A DNA stretch of 64,000 nt from Chrysomallon squamiferum. Lineage: Eukaryota > Animalia > Mollusca. Made by a program: the position numbers and the translations under genes. The notes below the pieces were generated by a model. The model saw only the letters and a list, made by a program, of their open reading frames with translations. It ran no database searches and had not been told where the DNA came from. This document shows positions 14,520 to 29,600 of this stretch, in pieces. Position 1 is the stretch's first letter. Each line of letters opens with the position of its first letter. The stretch lies in the NCBI GenBank assembly GCA_012295275.1, contig CM022679.1:23808001-23872000 (forward strand), given 5' to 3'.

Positions 14520-15126
14520 CTGATAAAGCACAAGTGAAAAATCATTAGTGTTAGTCATTTTAAAAAACATAAAACATACGAAAATGTATGCTGCAATATT
14601 CACTCAGGAACAATTGCAGAAGTGAAAGGAAATGAAACCAGTTATTTCCTAAAATACCAGACAAATTCATGACAGTATAAATAAATATGTATTAATATCT
14701 ACCTACTAGTTTATTAGTTTATTAGTTCACTGTGCCCAAGTATTTCTAGATGACACAAATTTGTAAGCAAATAACTATATACATAGTCCTTGTAATGATT
14801 TGTTATGACTGCAGGTTTATTGTAATGGTGGAGAAAATTTTAGATGTGTTGATGGTTCTTTGAATGAATGTATAAAATGTTTGATTACACTGGCAGCAAA
14901 TGCATGATGACACGGAGAAAATTATTTGTGGATAAGTTAGGTGAATTTTATCACTCTTATGTGCCATTTATTGTTTATCTAAAATAAATAAAAATAAAAT
15001 GAATGATATATAATAAGAATTAAAAATAAATAGATATGAAAACAAAAATGAAAATATATAAATAAATAAATAAATAAATAAATAAACAAATAAATCATAA
15101 TAATAAAAAATAAACATGCAAATAAA

Positions 15127-15157
<31 letters not shown>

Positions 15158-15239
15158 TCATTAAAATCCAACAGTCCCTAAACCTACTAAAAAAAAAAAA
15201 AAAAAAAAAATTAACTTAAAGAAGAAAACAGAAAAAAAT

Positions 15240-15270
<31 letters not shown>

Positions 15271-17629
15271 AAATAATAATAATAAATAATGAGAAATGGA
15301 AAAAGCAAGGAAAAATAGGAAAAAAAAAAAGAAAAAAAAAATACAACAAAAGAAATACAAACAGAAAAAGATGTTAAAATTTTGACAACTTATAAATATA
15401 TTTTTTTAACATTTTAATAACATTTCTGGTAAATTTTTAATTTTAATTACATTTTAAGAATAAAATTTCCATAATCAAAAAATAAAACTGAAAGATTTTA
15501 AAAGTTGTGCATTAAGTACAATATTGTTTGTGCCTGATTATATATATATATATATGTATATATTGCATAGAAACAACAAAATACATTTGATTATAAAATA
15601 CATATGCACTCCAGTAGATCAAAAGAACAACAAGTATTTGTTTATTACAAACATTCCAATCATATTTAAAAAAAAGAAAGATTAAAAAAGGAAAGTAGTG
15701 AAAAAAAAGAGAAAAATCAGAAAAATAGAAAAAAGAAAGAAAGAAAGGAAAAAAGTAGAAGAAAACAACAGAAAAGTAATAAAAAGAAAAGAAATTCAAG
15801 TACATAAATAAATAAATAAGTAAATAAATAATAGAAATAAATAAATAAGTAAATAAATAATAGTAATAAATAAATAAGTATATAAATAATAGAAATAAAT
15901 AAATACTAAGTAAATGAATAAATAAACATTCTTAAATAAAATATTATTAAAGTGATGAATATTTATAATATTTAGCCAAACAAAATTAATAAACTATTAT
16001 CTGGTACTAATTCTTTATAATTTATTTTTATTTTTATTTATTTTTACATAAAAGAATAAATACAGTAATTTTCACTCTACTTAATTTTTTTGTAATTCAT
16101 TTGAGTATAGCCAAAGAAAATAGTTTATTAATTTTACATTGTTTAGCTATAAAAACATATTTGATTATTATATTATAACAACACATAATTAGATCATGCC
16201 CATGTCTTAAAAGAAAAATATTACATGCTTCCACTTACAAATATGTTAATAATTATATGAACACCAAAGTATATATTCACAAATAAATAAAAATAAAACA
16301 GTAATAATAATAAAATTGAAAGAAATAAGATTTACATTTTGATTATATGGTTGCTGCACATTATATAGGTTCAACAACTAAGCATTTTAATAATATAATA
16401 AATATAACAAGTAACATACAGATTAGTTACCATTCATCATTAAAGTTGCCAAAATTCTGAGAAACAGATTGAGAGAAAAATACAAAAAGAAGAAAGAATT
16501 TGAAGTTACAAAAGAATGTCTTTAGTCTGTACAAAAATAATCTGATTTTCATATTTTATTTTCTTTCTTTTAAATTATTTTTCTTAATTCAAGAAATTTG
16601 GATTACTAATATCTGTCAACTGCTTTTGAAAACATTTAAATTCCCATTTTAATTAATTTATGCATAGTCTATATAATTTGAAAGCTTACTGAATAATGAA
16701 CTAAAAACTATTAAATTTAAACTATTTATTTTTTTAGAAATTCATATTCTTTATTTATTAGTATTCTCTAGAAATAGATTAAAAAATAATAAAAAAAATA
16801 TGTAAATAATGATCTAAAACAAATGAAAAATACATATAAAAAAATTAAAACAAACAATCCTATAACAAAAAAAAAACCAATTAAATAAACTAAAATAAAC
16901 TAAAATAAAATATTAAAAATAATCACCTCAATAAAAAAGTGGAAAAAATAAATGGATAAAAAAAGAAAGAAAAAAATTAAAGAATTTTTTTTTTTTACAA
17001 CAATTGTTAGATATTTCCATTATTTGTAACTATAGTTATTTTCAACACTTTTCAGTACTAACTTGCCACTTCCTATTCAACGTGATTCAGGATTATGCCC
17101 CTTGGCAGGTGGCTCATGAGATCTGACTGAATTTCAAAGGAATATATATACCAATGTTATTGGAAAGATATTTAATTACTCTATTAAGGACAGACTATCT
17201 TAATAAAAAGAATGGCTCAGATTGAAAGAATGAAAGACCCTTCTCAGCAGAGATTTTGTTCACTGCAAATCAAAAATGTTTTTCCAGTTTTCTGAAAATT
17301 TAAAAAAAAGGTTTGGTTAAAATGGCCAACCATCTTAAAATTGCTCATTGGTCCCCAGTTTCTAATCAAAAATGTTTTTCAGTTTTACAAAATTTAAAAG
17401 TGATCTAAAATAACTTCATTACTATTATCATTTTAAAACCAACCACTAAAAAAAAAAAAAAAAAAAAAAAAATTAAAATATAATATTAAAAAAAAATAAT
17501 GAAATAAACAAAATATCTTTAAAAAAACTAAAACAAATAATCAAAAACAAACCCAAAGTCTGCCTCTTAAAAACAAACACGAGATCATCAAATGAAAAAA
17601 TTTCAGCTTAAAAACTAAAAAGTTGAAAA

Positions 17630-17717
<88 letters not shown>

Positions 17718-20700
17718 CTTTATATCAAGCTTCTGGTTTTTTTAATTAATCAATGCATGAAGTCTTACTGAATGGAAATGTGAAATCTGTGACAATGATT
17801 TAGTTTGTCTAATGTAATAAAAATATTTTCATAATTTACAATGTTCAGCAAAACCACAGCAAAATTACACCAAAAATAATTTGATAGGAAATATATAAAC
17901 AAGTTCATACATTTATTTATAACAGAAATTTAATAATTTTATAATGATCAATATGTTGTTTTTATTTGCAAGTATCATAAATCAAATGTTTTAATTAAAA
18001 ATTAGAATCATATATTAATAACAGTGGCAAAAGTATATTGGTATGTTGATTTTTTTTTTTTTTTTTTAAATCAACATGATTTGGTGATTTGAAATGACTA
18101 AAACATGTCCTATTTGTTTTGACAAACTGGAAGCTGACAAGCAAAATATTTATAACAAGAGTCAAGTCTTTCAGTTTTCTCACAAATGTCAAAATTCAGA
18201 ACATGTGTATTGTGGAAAGAAACACCCAATTTTAATGTATTTTAAAAAGAATATTACTAACTTAACTAAGAAAAAAAAATTATATATGTATATATATATA
18301 TTTATTTTCAAAACCTGTTTAATATCACTAAATGAATTTATTTCAAAATGAATTAAATTTAATTTTATTTCACAATAAAAATCAGCATCGTTAAATTATA
18401 TGCCTAAAAAATGTTTGAATGATAAAGATTTTAGACCATAAACTTCTTGTACAGGGTACATTTTATGAAATCAAAATATAAAAGATGAGACAGATATATC
18501 GGTGTATATTACCTGTAGGTGTTGTAGAGTCCCCATCGGTTAATTTCTGGAGCATCCTCTTCAGCTTTCACACGATCTTTTTCATCCTTGTTTTTGATAA
18601 AGATTCGAGGCAGAGGATTGTGGATCAGTGGTTCTATGAGTGACCGCAGTTTGGCCACCTCGTCTTTGAGACTGACAACCTCTTCAACACGCTGCAGATC
18701 AAGACAGGGTGAGTAGGTTAGTTAACAGTGCAAAAACTCAAAAAACATGAAATGTGTGAGTGTGAGTAGTTGTGTGTGTGTGTGTGTGTGTGTGAGTGCA
18801 TGCATGTGTGAATGTGCTTTTTGTGTGTGCTCTTGTCCTTAAGTATGCATGAGTGGGTTATTAGTGCGAATATGTGTTTGTGTGGCAATAAATAAATATT
18901 GATTTATCTTTTTAAATTCTGAACAGTTTTAATCAGTCCCAGAAAATGAATAATATTATGATAGTATGATGGCATACAACTACTACTACTACTACTAAAA
19001 TATTATATTTTTTATCATTATTCTTTTCATTTATCTGGAAAAAAATTCTTTATTAAAAAAGTAGTTAAAAACCCAATAAATAAAAATTAATATTTCTGTT
19101 ATATTCTTGTAAATTGTATTAATCATAATATTATATCTGTTTATTAATCAAACATTTATCTAAAGCTTTGGCAAATGTACACAAATGAGTTATATCTCCT
19201 CAAATTAAAAAATAACTGTATCTTGTTTATTAACAAACACTGCTTCAGAAACTTAGTATGTTTTTTGTAGTGGAAATTAATAGTATTTTTAATTTAAATT
19301 CTGAGCAATTTTGTTTCATGTACATTGTCTCTACAAATGCAGATTTTAGCAGATTTTTTATTAGTATTATTATTATTTTTGTTTGTTAATTTATCGTAGG
19401 TTATGGTCTCTAAAGTCATGGTTTTATGCTACAAAAATAAAAAAAATCTCTCCTGTTCACTGATTATCTACTGAATTCAACAAAATAAATAAATGAGTAA
19501 ATAAAACTTTTAAAACATGATTAGCAGTTTGAAGACAAATTCATCACAAACTCAGTGCATGTGAAGTTATCACACGTATCTTTGATCTGAAAGACAAATT
19601 CTTGTTAATAAATTAACAATAAAATAAAAATATTAGTTCACATCTGGATAGATCTGGAAATTTCATTAACTCGTTTGATGAGAAAACAAATGTTCACATC
19701 ACAGTCATTTATTTTTATAAAGCAGTATTTATAATAAAACCTTAATCAATAAATTACAAGATTTAATTTTCTTTTTCTTTTTTATATTAATAATAATGTT
19801 CCATGAAAAATGGAATTATTTCTTCATTTCTTGACAAACCTAATTATGAAATCAATAATAATCATAAATCATAACTATAAAAATAAATTATAAAAAAATC
19901 AAATAATAAGCTTATATCATTAAAAAATGCATAACTTACATTTAATTATATATGCTATTTTAAAGATTTGAAATTTCCAGAGATACCATTTGAAAGTGTA
20001 ACAATGCTGGGGACAAAAAAAATAAAAAAATAGAAAGAAGTAACTATAATCAGTAAAACAGATTTCTTCTCTACTGGTTGTTTCCACCCCACTGTTGGAG
20101 AACCGTAGGTATCAAACAAACTGTAATCAGTGTTACTCTGATTTCAAAACATCTTTCTTCTCTGATTCGAAATTTTTAGGCGTTTCTTCTTGTTTTCTGT
20201 TTTCAGATTGTTCTGATTTCTCTCTAGACAAGGGACCAGGATCAGTAATAAAAAAGTTTGATGCTTTGACTTCAGGACTTTCTGATTCATGATCAAGTGC
20301 AGGTTCATTTTTAGATTCTGATGTAGGTTCTAATTCAGATATAGGTTTTGTTTCAGGTGTAGATTCTATTTCAGGATCTTCAGTGGATGGGCTAATGGGC
20401 AAGTCAGAAGATTCTTGGACAAGGTCTGTCTGAGTGGCTGTGTTCCTTGAAGCATCATCCTCTCCATGACTGTTGTCCATTTCTGCTGTGACATCATTTC
20501 CAAGACGGTATCTGATGGTACTGCTGCCTTGTCTTGAAACAGAAGTCTCTTCATCATTCCTAATATTTCCACTCTCATCTACTTCAGGATGATCCAATGT
20601 GACATGGTTTTCATTAGGAATCTTTGAAGATTCCTCATGGATATTTGTAAGAGATTCCTCAGGTTTATCAGATCTTGGACTATTCCAGTCTGGAGAGCTC

Positions 20701-22994
20701 AACCTGGCAGAACGTTGCTGTCCAAGGTTAGTTTTCATGAGCTCATCAAAATCTCTGATGCCAGAAACAGCAGGGGGACCAAAAGTTGGGTGAAATGCAG
20801 CAGAAGTTTTTAGTCTGTCTAACTGAAACTGAAGATCTTCGATACCTAAAACCCTCTGAAAGTCAAGTGAACCTATTAACTGCATAGTGAAAACAACTCT
20901 ACAGAAACTGTTACTATTTTTTAAACTCTATTTTTTAACAAATATTTTTAAAGCAAAATAAAAACAACCACAATAAAAAAAAATGTTCTACCACTACTGC
21001 TACTACTGCTAATAAATAAATAAATAAATAAATAAATAAATATATAAATAAATAAAAACTTCTAGAAATGCAAAATAAATATTTAAGAACTCCACATCTT
21101 TGCGAGTTGACCTGTAAACTTTAAAAGAAAATTGTATAATAAAATTTCTTTCCACCTTTCCCTATAGTTTTATTGCTTTACTACGTGCTAGATGTATCCT
21201 TGACAGTATGGTGATATCAGTATTTAATAATAGTGATAATAATAGTTGGAATATCAAACTGGTGGCTGCCTGCAAAATAATGAAACCCTAGAATAACAAA
21301 AAGCAAGAACAAAACAAGACAATATGAAAAAACAAAGCCTTCCCAAATGACAGGGATTCTGAAATATAGGAATACAGCAATAAAAGGAAACTTATTTATT
21401 GTTTTCTTGACTTTTATTATTTTCATTGGTGAATAATAAGAATAACAAGCTAAAAAAGTGAGGAATTATAATTTATCTTTTACTGGGAATGTTTTGAGGT
21501 AATTCTTTGTTCTAATCTCTATGTTAGATTCAGATCCAGAAAGCAACTTGTTGAAATAAATATGGCTTACTGTGTTAATCAGTTTGCTGAAATTAAACTG
21601 TGTAAGAGTGTATGGACCAGTGTGATGGACAGCTGGTTGGAAAACCAGAACAATTAGTTATCTAAATCAAGACAAATTCCTGTGAAAACATGCTTAAAGC
21701 TTACCAGTTTTTGTTCTGACTGAATCTTCATACCAAGAACTGTCTTCACAGTCTGAATTGATTCAGCAAGTTTGCGAACATTTTGCTGAAGCTAAAAGAA
21801 AAAAACAAAAAATTTGAAAAATAATGATTTATAAAGTTTTAACGAATATTAACAACTTTTACTACATATTAAATATTTAAAGAATTTAGTTTTTTAAATT
21901 ATTAGATTTATGTAAAAAGCTTATGAAACATTCTTTGACAACATTTACAAACAATTTCATGTCACATCAGTAACTATTGACTACCAGTAAATTAATCAGT
22001 AAAAATGTGATTCTAAAATTTGTGAGGAATGTGATACAAATACTGTGACGCATAAATAAAGAAGAAAAGAATAATATAAAAAATACCTATATATGTTTAT
22101 ATATTTTATTTTATTTTTATTTATGTGAAACAAATCTGAAATATAAATAATAAATTTCCCTGAAAATAAAAGGATGTGTGTTAATATATTTTGTGATAAC
22201 ATTCTGAAATCTATCAATATGAAGTGCTGGTGGTGGGCACATGCGCTCATGCACACACACACACACACACACAAACCATAAGTTTTTATATCAGTTTCAA
22301 ATATCATAATTGTTTCAACATGTCTTATTAATATTATTCAGAGAACTGGAGATTGGTTTCATTTTGTTGCACATTGATTCCAATATATGACAAATGTGGG
22401 GGATAAAAATGCCTCCACTAGATAAAATGTTTTTTTTTCATTTCGGTAGGGGTTTATTGTGATAAAAAAAAAAAAAACCAACAAAAGTTTAAAAATAAAT
22501 AAAACAAAACATCTAACACTGTCTAAAGGGACAAAGGAAGGAACACTCCCATTCAGAAGCATAAATTTGTGGTTTTTCACAATCAAGGTACACATTTATT
22601 TTACCGTTATTTCAACATATCACTCCAAACACCTAATTGTACAAGACAGTTACAATTCACTGTAATCCATTATCTAAATCAGACTAGAATTACACCAGTT
22701 GTGAAGTCCTGGCTGAAGTCAGAAAGATCCCAGAGGGTGCAAGGGAAAAAAATTTAAACTGTGTTTCATAATTTATAATTTTTATGGGGTTTAAATCTTT
22801 AATATAAAACTGAAATGCTGCTTAAAATTATGGTTGTGCAGGGGTATAATAATTGCAGAATACATTTTTGTGTGTCTGTGCAAAGGGAGACTATAAACTT
22901 AAAGCTTTTATGATTTTAAATGCTTTACAGCAGCCTTACCAAGACTATGGTTTCATCCTTGGAAAATCAAACACAAACAAATAAAAATTTATAA

Positions 22995-23030
<36 letters not shown>

Positions 23031-23166
23031 AAAAATATTTCATATAAACACTTCCCAGTGTACACAACAATAAAGGAAAAATTTCTGCTACCATGCGTGT
23101 TAAAATATCATACTTTATTGTTAGTAATGACTGGTGTGAGGTAACAAATAAGAAATGGATCATATA

Positions 23167-23204
<38 letters not shown>

Positions 23205-24209
23205 CTGATTGTTAGAAAACATTTACCATGCATTTAAAAAAGTAAATTTATGGTCATTCTAAGAAACATATATTAAATTCACATTCATGTTATTATTTTA
23301 TTTGCTGTAAATATTGATATGACATTTCATATAATGAAAAATGTTGAGATATAAATTGAAAATCAAGTAATATAAAAAAATAAAGAAATACTCACAGCAA
23401 CCATCTCCTCAGGAGAAACAGTTTGTGGTTGACGTCTCATTCTCAAAGCATTAATGTCCTGTTTCAAATTTTCTACATCTCGGATTCTGAAAACCAAATA
23501 AAATAACAATAACAATAACAACAACAACAATAATAATAATAACAACAATAACAATCATAATTACAATTATAACAATAACAGCAACGATAATATTAATAAT
23601 CACAATCATAATTAAACTAATAAAAAGAAATAATAACCTACTATAAATAAGAAAATATTTTTGAATAATTGTTTTCTCAAATTTTTTTACAAAAATTCAT
23701 TTTGGCTATTTCAATTTCCCTTTAAATGAAGCTGAAATAATTAAAACCAAATCTAAATAATTTATTATTTTTTTTATTTACAAAGAAGAAAAGAAACGAT
23801 GGATGTATTCAATGTCTTTTTATCCAAATGGCTAAACTGATTATCTTTGTATTTTAAGTTGAACTAAAAATTAACTTATTTTAAATTCTTATTACATTGC
23901 AACATTTTAATAATATATGTATCAACTTTAATATTATTTATTATTAATTTTTTTTTTTTTTTATCCTTTCTACATTTTAAAAATTATTATGACAAAAAAA
24001 TACAGCAATATATTTTTTAAGGTACAAAAACAAAATGTTTAATATATTACCTGCTTTCTGCTTCTGATCCAACTCTAGAATCAAGTTCTGCCCTCAGAAG
24101 TTTGTAACGTTCTTCTATGCCATCAATCTGCATTATAAATAATTTTAGTACTCTCAGTTTAAATATAATTTGTTGTGATAATAATAATAAATATTAATAA
24201 TAATAATAA

Positions 24210-24240
<31 letters not shown>

Positions 24241-26585
24241 ATATTATTTTTACCCCCTGCTGCAAGAGGACAGTTCAAGACTTACCAAAATATCCATATA
24301 CAAAAATACACGCCACTTTAAACCTTTTTGCCCATTCTAAACACTTACATCATTAGGAAACTGCTGTATTGACATATTCAGCTGATGGACTTTTTCGTTG
24401 GTTGATTTCTGCCATTCAGAAATGGAGTCTAACTTGTCTCGTATGTTGTGTGACAAAGCAACATGTGCCTGAAAGAGAAGGCAAGTGATATAATATAAAC
24501 TGCTCTGAAAAGTTGAAAAATAAGAGTTGTAAGGAGAATATAGAAATGTCAAACTTTTAACTCTTTTAAAAACAATAGTGAGAAATAATGACATGGATAT
24601 GCAGATGTAGTTCTCACAAACATTAAATTTTGTTTACTCTGTTATAATTATGTTTGAAGACAACTCAAAGTTGGCTGGATTGTCATTGTAAACAAATGTT
24701 GCAGACAGTTATGATATATTTTAAAACAAAACCAAATTCAATCTTGTTATATATATATATATATATATATATAAATATCCAAATTGCAATTTTTTTAGAT
24801 TTTTTTTTTCTCCAGTACCAAGCTTCTTGGTCAGTCAAAAAGTATTTTAGGATCATGGATTGTCTAAAATGGAAGCCTTCATGTCAGTGAAGATTAAAAA
24901 AATAAGATTAAAAAAAATATAATAATTTTAAACATTACTGTGAATAATATTTTTTATAAAATAAAACAAACACAATGAATTCTTGTAATAAATTCTCCAA
25001 TTTCTGTTTCAAATTTAGTGAACATATCTAAATATTATTTATTAACTCTGGTGAATTTATAAAACAAAATAAAATCCTAATGAAACATTACTTGGATACA
25101 ATTTGAAAAGAATGTAAATTTTACCAAACAGTTTTGTTATCTGTAGGAATATCTTTTATTACTAATCAGCAAATTTATCCAATCTATAGATCTAATCATG
25201 AATTAGCTTATTAAAAATAACTAAAAATATAATTGAACAGTCAAAAAGCATGAAAAGTTTAAGATGCATCTATGGTAATGTCACACTCAGTTTTGTTATT
25301 ATTATTTTAATGACAGGCATAATAAACCTTTGTGTTAGATTTATGTTAGTTTATATAAATAAGTATTATAACTATAAGACTAATTCTAGGTTGATGTTTA
25401 TCTGCAACAGTAATAAAATATATATATTATTATTCAATGTGTCAGCTAAAAAAGAGAAAAATTTCATAGTTTCTAAATCTTTATATAACTTATAAATTGT
25501 TATTGTGAATGTCACAAAATGTGATAGGAAATATTATTTGTTAACCAGTTAGAAAAGCATAATAAGACATTAATTTTTCTGTTAAATTGTTGGTATTAAT
25601 AATGCTATACTACTACTAATAACATAATAAATAAAAAGTAGTAACATTAAGATATAATAACCAAATGTATTCTTGGTATATTAATACAAGAATATTTATA
25701 TATTACAATTATACCTATAAGGTAACAAATGTGAATTAAGATGGTAATAATATAATAATGCCTGTAATATTATGAAAACCATAGTTATTTTTCTGTTCAT
25801 GAACTTATCAGTTTTAAACATTCAGTCAGTCGTGTTTTTAATTTCAAATTAAATCATTAGATATTAAATCAATATGTTAATCTTATTTGAAAAAATAATA
25901 ATATTAATTAATTACAATCATGACAATGCTAATTATAAATAACTGAACTAATGTTAAGTCTATACTAAATGCTTCAAAATGTCCAATAAATTATATATTT
26001 ATTTATTTCTGAACAATTAGCCCTATAGCTAACATTTAATAAATGTATTTCCGTACCTCATCCAGTTCCTGGCTCTATGGGTGCATTAATAAACAACAGA
26101 TTAAATATTAGATTTATATAACTCCATCAACATGTGTAAAAATAGAATTTTATTACTGTATATTTTCATTTGTCTCAAATACAGTATGACAACAAGCACG
26201 AACATGCACCCATACACACATAAAAGCATCATAAATAGTGTACTTGAACCATACTGTGATGAAACCTAGCCTAAAATTACCCAAACCCCATACTGAATTA
26301 TAAATTTTGGTTCTCTCTCTTTTTCTTTCACTCAATCTTTCCTCACTTTCCCTCTGTCTTACAATCAATAGCCGATTTTTTTGTTGTTCTGGAGTGTCAT
26401 TAAACATTCATTCACTCTCCTCGTCTTTCCCTTTCTCTCTAATAAACTAAAAAAACACAAACAGATTACTTTCAATATATGTGTGTATGTGTTCAAAATA
26501 TAAGAATTTAATGTATAATTTCCTTTGAATTATGCTTCTCTCTCCGTCTCATACATGAACACAAATGAAATATAAAGACTGATAC

Positions 26586-26631
<46 letters not shown>

Positions 26632-29600
26632 TTGTTATAAATAAATAAATTAATTAATAAAAGGACAACAATAATGACAAAAACTATGGGAATTAACTTA
26701 TACATTGGTACAAATCAGGTAAAAAATAAAATAAAAATAAAAATATAAATTTTCAAAAATAAAACAACAAAAATACAAAAGGAAAAAGAAAAGACAATTT
26801 TCATATAAAAACAAAATACATAAATACATAAAATAAAAATGAAAAAGTCTAGTGATTCTGTAAAATAAAAAATCAAACATCTAACAGTTTGAAAATTACC
26901 TCTCGATTTGTTAAACGTGCCATCTATAGGAGAGCATAAGAAAAAGCACAACAAAAAATAATTATTTGTTTTGAAAATATCCAGAATTACTTATCATTTA
27001 TTTAACTTTGAAATGACTATTATTATTCTTTTTTTTTAAAGGCTTATTCAAACTTGATTTTTATACTACTCAGTTAAAGAAGAGTTTTTCAAGAATTAAA
27101 AAAAAAAAAAAAAAAAATTTAATTTTTTTCAAATTAACTTATGCAACTTCTTTTACTTAGGAATATACAGACAACAGCCTCTGATTCTTGGTTGTACTGA
27201 CAAAAAGTTTATCATTTTCATGTCTGAAGGAGATTTTTTTAAAAGTTAATTTTATTCATGCTGTTTTGTTGTAATTTAATTCACACATTTGAATAAGTGT
27301 ACTTCAATTCACACATATATACATTGCAATTCAGTTCACACATCTGTATAAGTTGTAATTCAGTTCAGACATTTGTATAAGTTGTAATTCAGTTCATACA
27401 TATATATGCTGCAATTCAATTCACACATCTGTATAAGTTGTAATTCAGTTCACACATTTGTATAAGTTGTAATTCAATCCACACATATGTTACAATTCAA
27501 TTCACACATCTGTATAAGTTGTAATTGACTTCACACATTTGTATAAGCTGTGATTCAATTCACACATTTGTATAAGTTGTAATTCAGTTCACACATTTGT
27601 ATAAGCTGTGATTCAATTCACACATTTGTATAAGCTGTAATTCAGTTCACACATTTGTGTAATTCACACAATCATAAAAAAAAAATAAAAAAATATTTAT
27701 TTTTACCTCAGCCACTTTGTCGTCAACCACAGTTTCAATAGTTGACAGTTTGGTCTTGACACCCTCCAGCTTGACGTCCATGTCACTGATAGCTCTCGCA
27801 GACACCTGACCTGACTCAGCCACCATGCTCTTTACTTCCTTCTTCAACTGCCATTCAAATAATACATCCATTATAAATTAAGAAAAAGTGGCAGCAAAAC
27901 AGGATTATAAGCAAAGAAAAGAAAAAGAGAAAGCAACAAAAAGAAATACAAATATGAAAAGTATACACAGCTGAAAGAGAGGGCAAAAAAAGAGAAAAAA
28001 AAAGGAGAACATTCTCTCTTTAACTACAATTTAAACAATATATTTGTTATAAAGAAAACATAAACAAAAATAAAGTTATATATATATTTTTGAAGTTTAT
28101 CAACAAAAGAACAGCATCTATAAGATAATCTCATAAACAATACAGAAATTAATTAGTTTACTTGGCTTAGTGCACTTAAATTATAAGCAATAGTCTAATG
28201 TTTATATGTTTATATCAAAATTTAATGCATCAAACACTAGTAACAGTTCTGGTATGTATTAGTATAATATAAAAAAATGTGTTTAAAAAAAATAAATGTA
28301 TTAAAAACAAAGAACATTTCTTGTGTGTATTGGTATATAGTATTAATCACACCTTTTCTGTATTGGAAGCCACCTGGGCACTGATTCCATTGATTGCCTG
28401 CTGTAAAGTGGATGTTGCTACCTGTAGTTTATCCTGTACGTCATCTATCTTCTCAGCTGTTGTTTTCTCATGAATTTTTCTATAAGAAAACATTACGTTG
28501 ATTTCAAGAATGGATATCAAGAGACACAATGACACCAGCTATTACCAATATGATTTTTTTTTTTTAATAAAAATAAACAAATGAACACATAAACAAATAA
28601 ACAAATAAACAAATAAATAAATAATAATAATAAAAATAAAATTAAAAGTAACTATCTGTATAATTATAAGTACAACATTATTATTATTAAAAATATATTC
28701 TAATACAAGAATGACAATATTTTCTTTCTTAAAATTTTTTTTTTAGTCATCTGGATTAGGATTTTGATTTAAATACTATCAAAGGCTAAAGTATAAAATG
28801 TTCAAAGAATTAAATTTCAGTGTTAAAGAAAATGTTTTATTATGATTTTAAAATGTATTTTAAATTTAAATATTTCCTGAACTTATTTTCTATAAAAGTA
28901 ACAAAATAAAATAATCATAATTCTTCAATCAATGTGAATTTGCTTAGAATATTTAGTCATTTTTGTAATCATCAAACTGCAGTCATTACATCATGTCATC
29001 ATCATCATATCTTTAACAACACATAATCAACTACATTGAAATCAATTTTAAAAACATCAACAACAACACTACCTGGATTTGATTTCTGCTGCTATCACTT
29101 TGTCTGTCTGTTTTCTGTTTTCTTGCAGTTGCTGCTCCAGTAGTGTAATGGCTGCATCAAGTTTCAGAAATGCTTCCTTGTTCTTTGAACGATCACCCTA
29201 GCAACAAGATACCATTTTGAAAATTACAAATCAGAAAATTAATATCTCAAAAATACTAAGAGTATTTCCAAGAAAAGTCACATCAGACGAAACGTATAAA
29301 GAAATAAGGACTGCAAAAACTGGAATCTTTAAGAAGAAATAAAGCACAATAAGGCAAACTTAAATTCAATATTACTAATTAAATGATAAAATGATATTTT
29401 GAATAAAATAATAACAAATGAATAGTATGATTTAAACATGATTTAAAAGTCAATATTTGACACTATAGAATGGATGATAGATAATTATGTAGTTAAAAGG
29501 AATAAGGTATTAATTGTTTAGATTTTTACATCATGCAATTGTACTTGAAATGACACTCTGTTGGAATTAGCTGACAATGACTTATACAAATATATAATTT

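Noticed and set aside
14968-15805. Several Phe/Ile/Tyr-rich, membrane-like ORFs
   Set aside because: Read-through of (AAAT)n and poly-A tracts; the same applies to most 60-100 aa ORFs in the track.
27278-27670. CRISPR-like appearance of 29-bp repeats
   Set aside because: Units are directly tandem with no unique spacers, in a eukaryotic intron with no cas genes.
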